A DNA stretch of 64,000 nucleotides from a virus. The first letter of the stretch is position 1; each line of letters starts with the position of its first letter. The notes under the pieces were generated by a model that saw only the letters and a list, made by a program, of their open reading frames with translations, was not told the origin of the DNA and made no database searches. A program made the translations under genes and the position numbers. Shown here piece after piece: positions 62,490 through 64,000 of the stretch. The stretch covers positions 1 to 64,000 of IMG/VR virus record IMGVR_UViG_3300029286_003693; one strand, given 5' to 3'.

Positions 62490-63823
62490 GCGGCCCACCC
62501 CGATAGCACCTGCCTGGTTCCTTGTTTCTGAATCCTCTTTGCCTTATACCCAACGGCAAATGTCCTGAAAGAATCCGCCCCGTGAGAGCAGTGGTCATGC
62601 AGCGGTGTCCGCTTGAGAATCTTTTTTTCTTCGTCGTATTCGGCCCTGTAGCCTTCCAAAGCCGATATGCCGGGTGAACACTTGCGTTCGTCAAACCAAC
62701 ACGAGCCAAGGGCGTTTCTGACGGCCTCGATGCCGTTCATGACGGCGTCCGTGTTCCGGGGGCGCTCAACGACGATGATGGGCTTGATCCCCAGCTCCTC
62801 GGCTACCTCAACCCTGGACTTCGCGTGCTCCCCGGCGGACATTTCTCGTACCGCTGCGTCGTGGGGCATATAGTGATCACCGTAAACATAGGGCTTCTCT
62901 TTCAGGATCTTGGCGTAGTGAGCCAGGCCCATGCCACTGTTCTCGTAATAATCGATGCACCTGGTCTCCTTGCCGATGAACTGCGCGAACCAGATCGTCA
63001 TGCTGTCGTCCACACCCAGATCCCAGAACGTGTAGACCTCGGCGCCAGTCTCGTAGGGCACGCGGGTGATGCGGCCCTCCTTGTGAGCCAGCGCCATCTG
63101 CTTGCCGTAGTACGCGCCCATCACTGCGCCCTGGAACGAGCAGAAATACTCCTGCTGAAACATAGCCTCGCCCATCTCTTCGCCGAACGTTCCAACCAGC
63201 TCGGCACGGATCTCCTCCAATTTCACCTTGGTGAAGACAGGGGTGTCATCTGCGGTCAGGACTTGAGCGAACCAACCGGGTGTGATGCGGGCGAAATCCA
63301 ACATTGTTTTCAGATGATTGTCGCCGCGGGATGTGCTGATGAACGCGGCCCAGCCGCCATTTTCTTCGAGTATCGGGGAAAGGTAAGCCCATGACTGCGG
63401 GTTTGATAGCGCGTATTCGGAGAAGACGATGCCGATCGGTGGGCTGCCGACCAAGGCATTGTAATTGTCGGAGCCCACAAGCTGCCAGGAAGAGCCGCCA
63501 ACGAGGCCAATGTACATATCGGTGCTTCTCGTACTGGTCCTCATCTCCATCGGAAACGCCTCGTCGATCCTCTTCATGCCTGTGCGGGGGTTGACGGCTT
63601 CCCAAATCGCCTTACGGCACTGATTGAACTGTGGGAGCATGTGCCAGTAGTTTCCGACACGCTCCTGCGATGCCGTGGCGGTGAAGTGAAGGGCAATATC
63701 ATCCTTCCCCCAGCGACGATGGGCGACCTCGACGGCACGCTTCCCACCATTCTCCAGGTAATCCCAGAGGGCGATCTGATCGTCGCGGGGTTCCCACCCG
63801 TTATGAGGTAGCTCGACTCCCAT
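62486..63823 (-). CDS. terL: Terminase large subunit
   Basis: Walker A HRRWGKD, FSEY, FISTSRG; nuclease motifs WDLGVDD, HYMPHDA, SHGADSFR. Probable start is ATG 63823. Confidence 0.92.
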   Translation of the reverse strand: MGVELPHNGWEPRDDQIALWDYLENGGKRAVEVAHRRWGKDDIALHFTATASQERVGNYWHMLPQFNQCRKAIWEAVNPRTGMKRIDEAFPMEMRTSTRSTDMYIGLVGGSSWQLVGSDNYNALVGSPPIGIVFSEYALSNPQSWAYLSPILEENGGWAAFISTSRGDNHLKTMLDFARITPGWFAQVLTADDTPVFTKVKLEEIRAELVGTFGEEMGEAMFQQEYFCSFQGAVMGAYYGKQMALAHKEGRITRVPYETGAEVYTFWDLGVDDSMTIWFAQFIGKETRCIDYYENSGMGLAHYAKILKEKPYVYGDHYMPHDAAVREMSAGEHAKSRVEVAEELGIKPIIVVERPRNTDAVMNGIEAVRNALGSCWFDERKCSPGISALEGYRAEYDEEKKILKRTPLHDHCSHGADSFRTFAVGYKAKRIQKQGTRQVLSGWAA

Positions 63824-63998
63824 CGGTATCCTTCGCCGTCTTCCGGCTGCAGAACTTCTTGATCGTGATCTGGACCGGCTGTTTGAGGTCAACCTCGGTT
63901 TTGTCGTGCAGGAGCCCCAGGTGCCGGGCCAACAGCTCCAGGGATTTCACCTTGTCGCAGAGCTCGAACTCGAACGTCGCGTCGAGGATCTGATCACC
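63801..63998 (-). CDS. terS: Terminase small subunit, 3' part (5' end outside the window)
   Basis: ...ELCDKVKSLELLARHLGLLHDKTEV... is a typical TerS C-terminus; overlaps the terL start. Confidence 0.7.
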   Translation of the reverse strand, partial: GDQILDATFEFELCDKVKSLELLARHLGLLHDKTEVDLKQPVQITIKKFCSRKTAKDTDGSRATS

Positions 63999-64000
63999 AT

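Larger units (their letters stand above)
5100..64000 (-). mobile_element. Podovirus-like prophage: late operon plus adjacent accessory region; left boundary uncertain (~4.4-8.8 kb), continues beyond 64000
   Basis: Co-oriented terminase, portal, capsid, tail, ejection and lysis genes abut host signalling genes. No tape-measure, tail tube or sheath gene was recognised. Confidence 0.9.

Noticed and set aside
8800-64000. Complete avoidance of GGATCC by the prophage
   Set aside because: Sites are present (e.g. 11243, 18930, 19148, 29494, 42648); partial depletion would need a proper count.

Overview
The window has three parts. (1) 1-~4.8 kb looks like host chromosome; gene content suggests an anaerobic deltaproteobacterium, which is inference. 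It carries the 3' end of a sigma-54-like/GIY-YIG fusion, a multi-PAS HisKA_2 kinase, a REC + degenerate HD-GYP regulator, small ORFs, an attC-like remnant, REP-like palindromes and a MITE-like element. (2) ~4.8-8.8 kb is an accessory zone: a Zn-ribbon ORF, an orphan antitoxin-like gene, BrnT/BrnA, a metallopeptidase remnant and a complete C-regulated BamHI-family R-M system. The part after the Zn-ribbon ORF is bracketed by a degenerate direct repeat. (3) 8.8-64 kb is the minus-strand late operon of a podovirus-like prophage. In transcription order it encodes TerS (partial), TerL, two DNA methyltransferases with shared termini, portal, scaffold, N4-gp56-type capsid, cement, adaptor and tail genes. 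It then encodes a glycosyltransferase + SAM methyltransferase among Ser/Thr-rich small virion proteins, collagen and C1q fibres, coiled-coil ejection-like proteins, a 6506-aa DarB-like polyvalent protein and a lysis cassette. The strongest novel candidates are a TnpV-like gene overprinted inside the giant gene, a putative virion-glycosylation module, and a two-copy covarying structured RNA in the late operon. No integrase, tRNA, rRNA, CRISPR array or reverse transcriptase was seen. All family assignments are by eye from motifs; no database searches were run.
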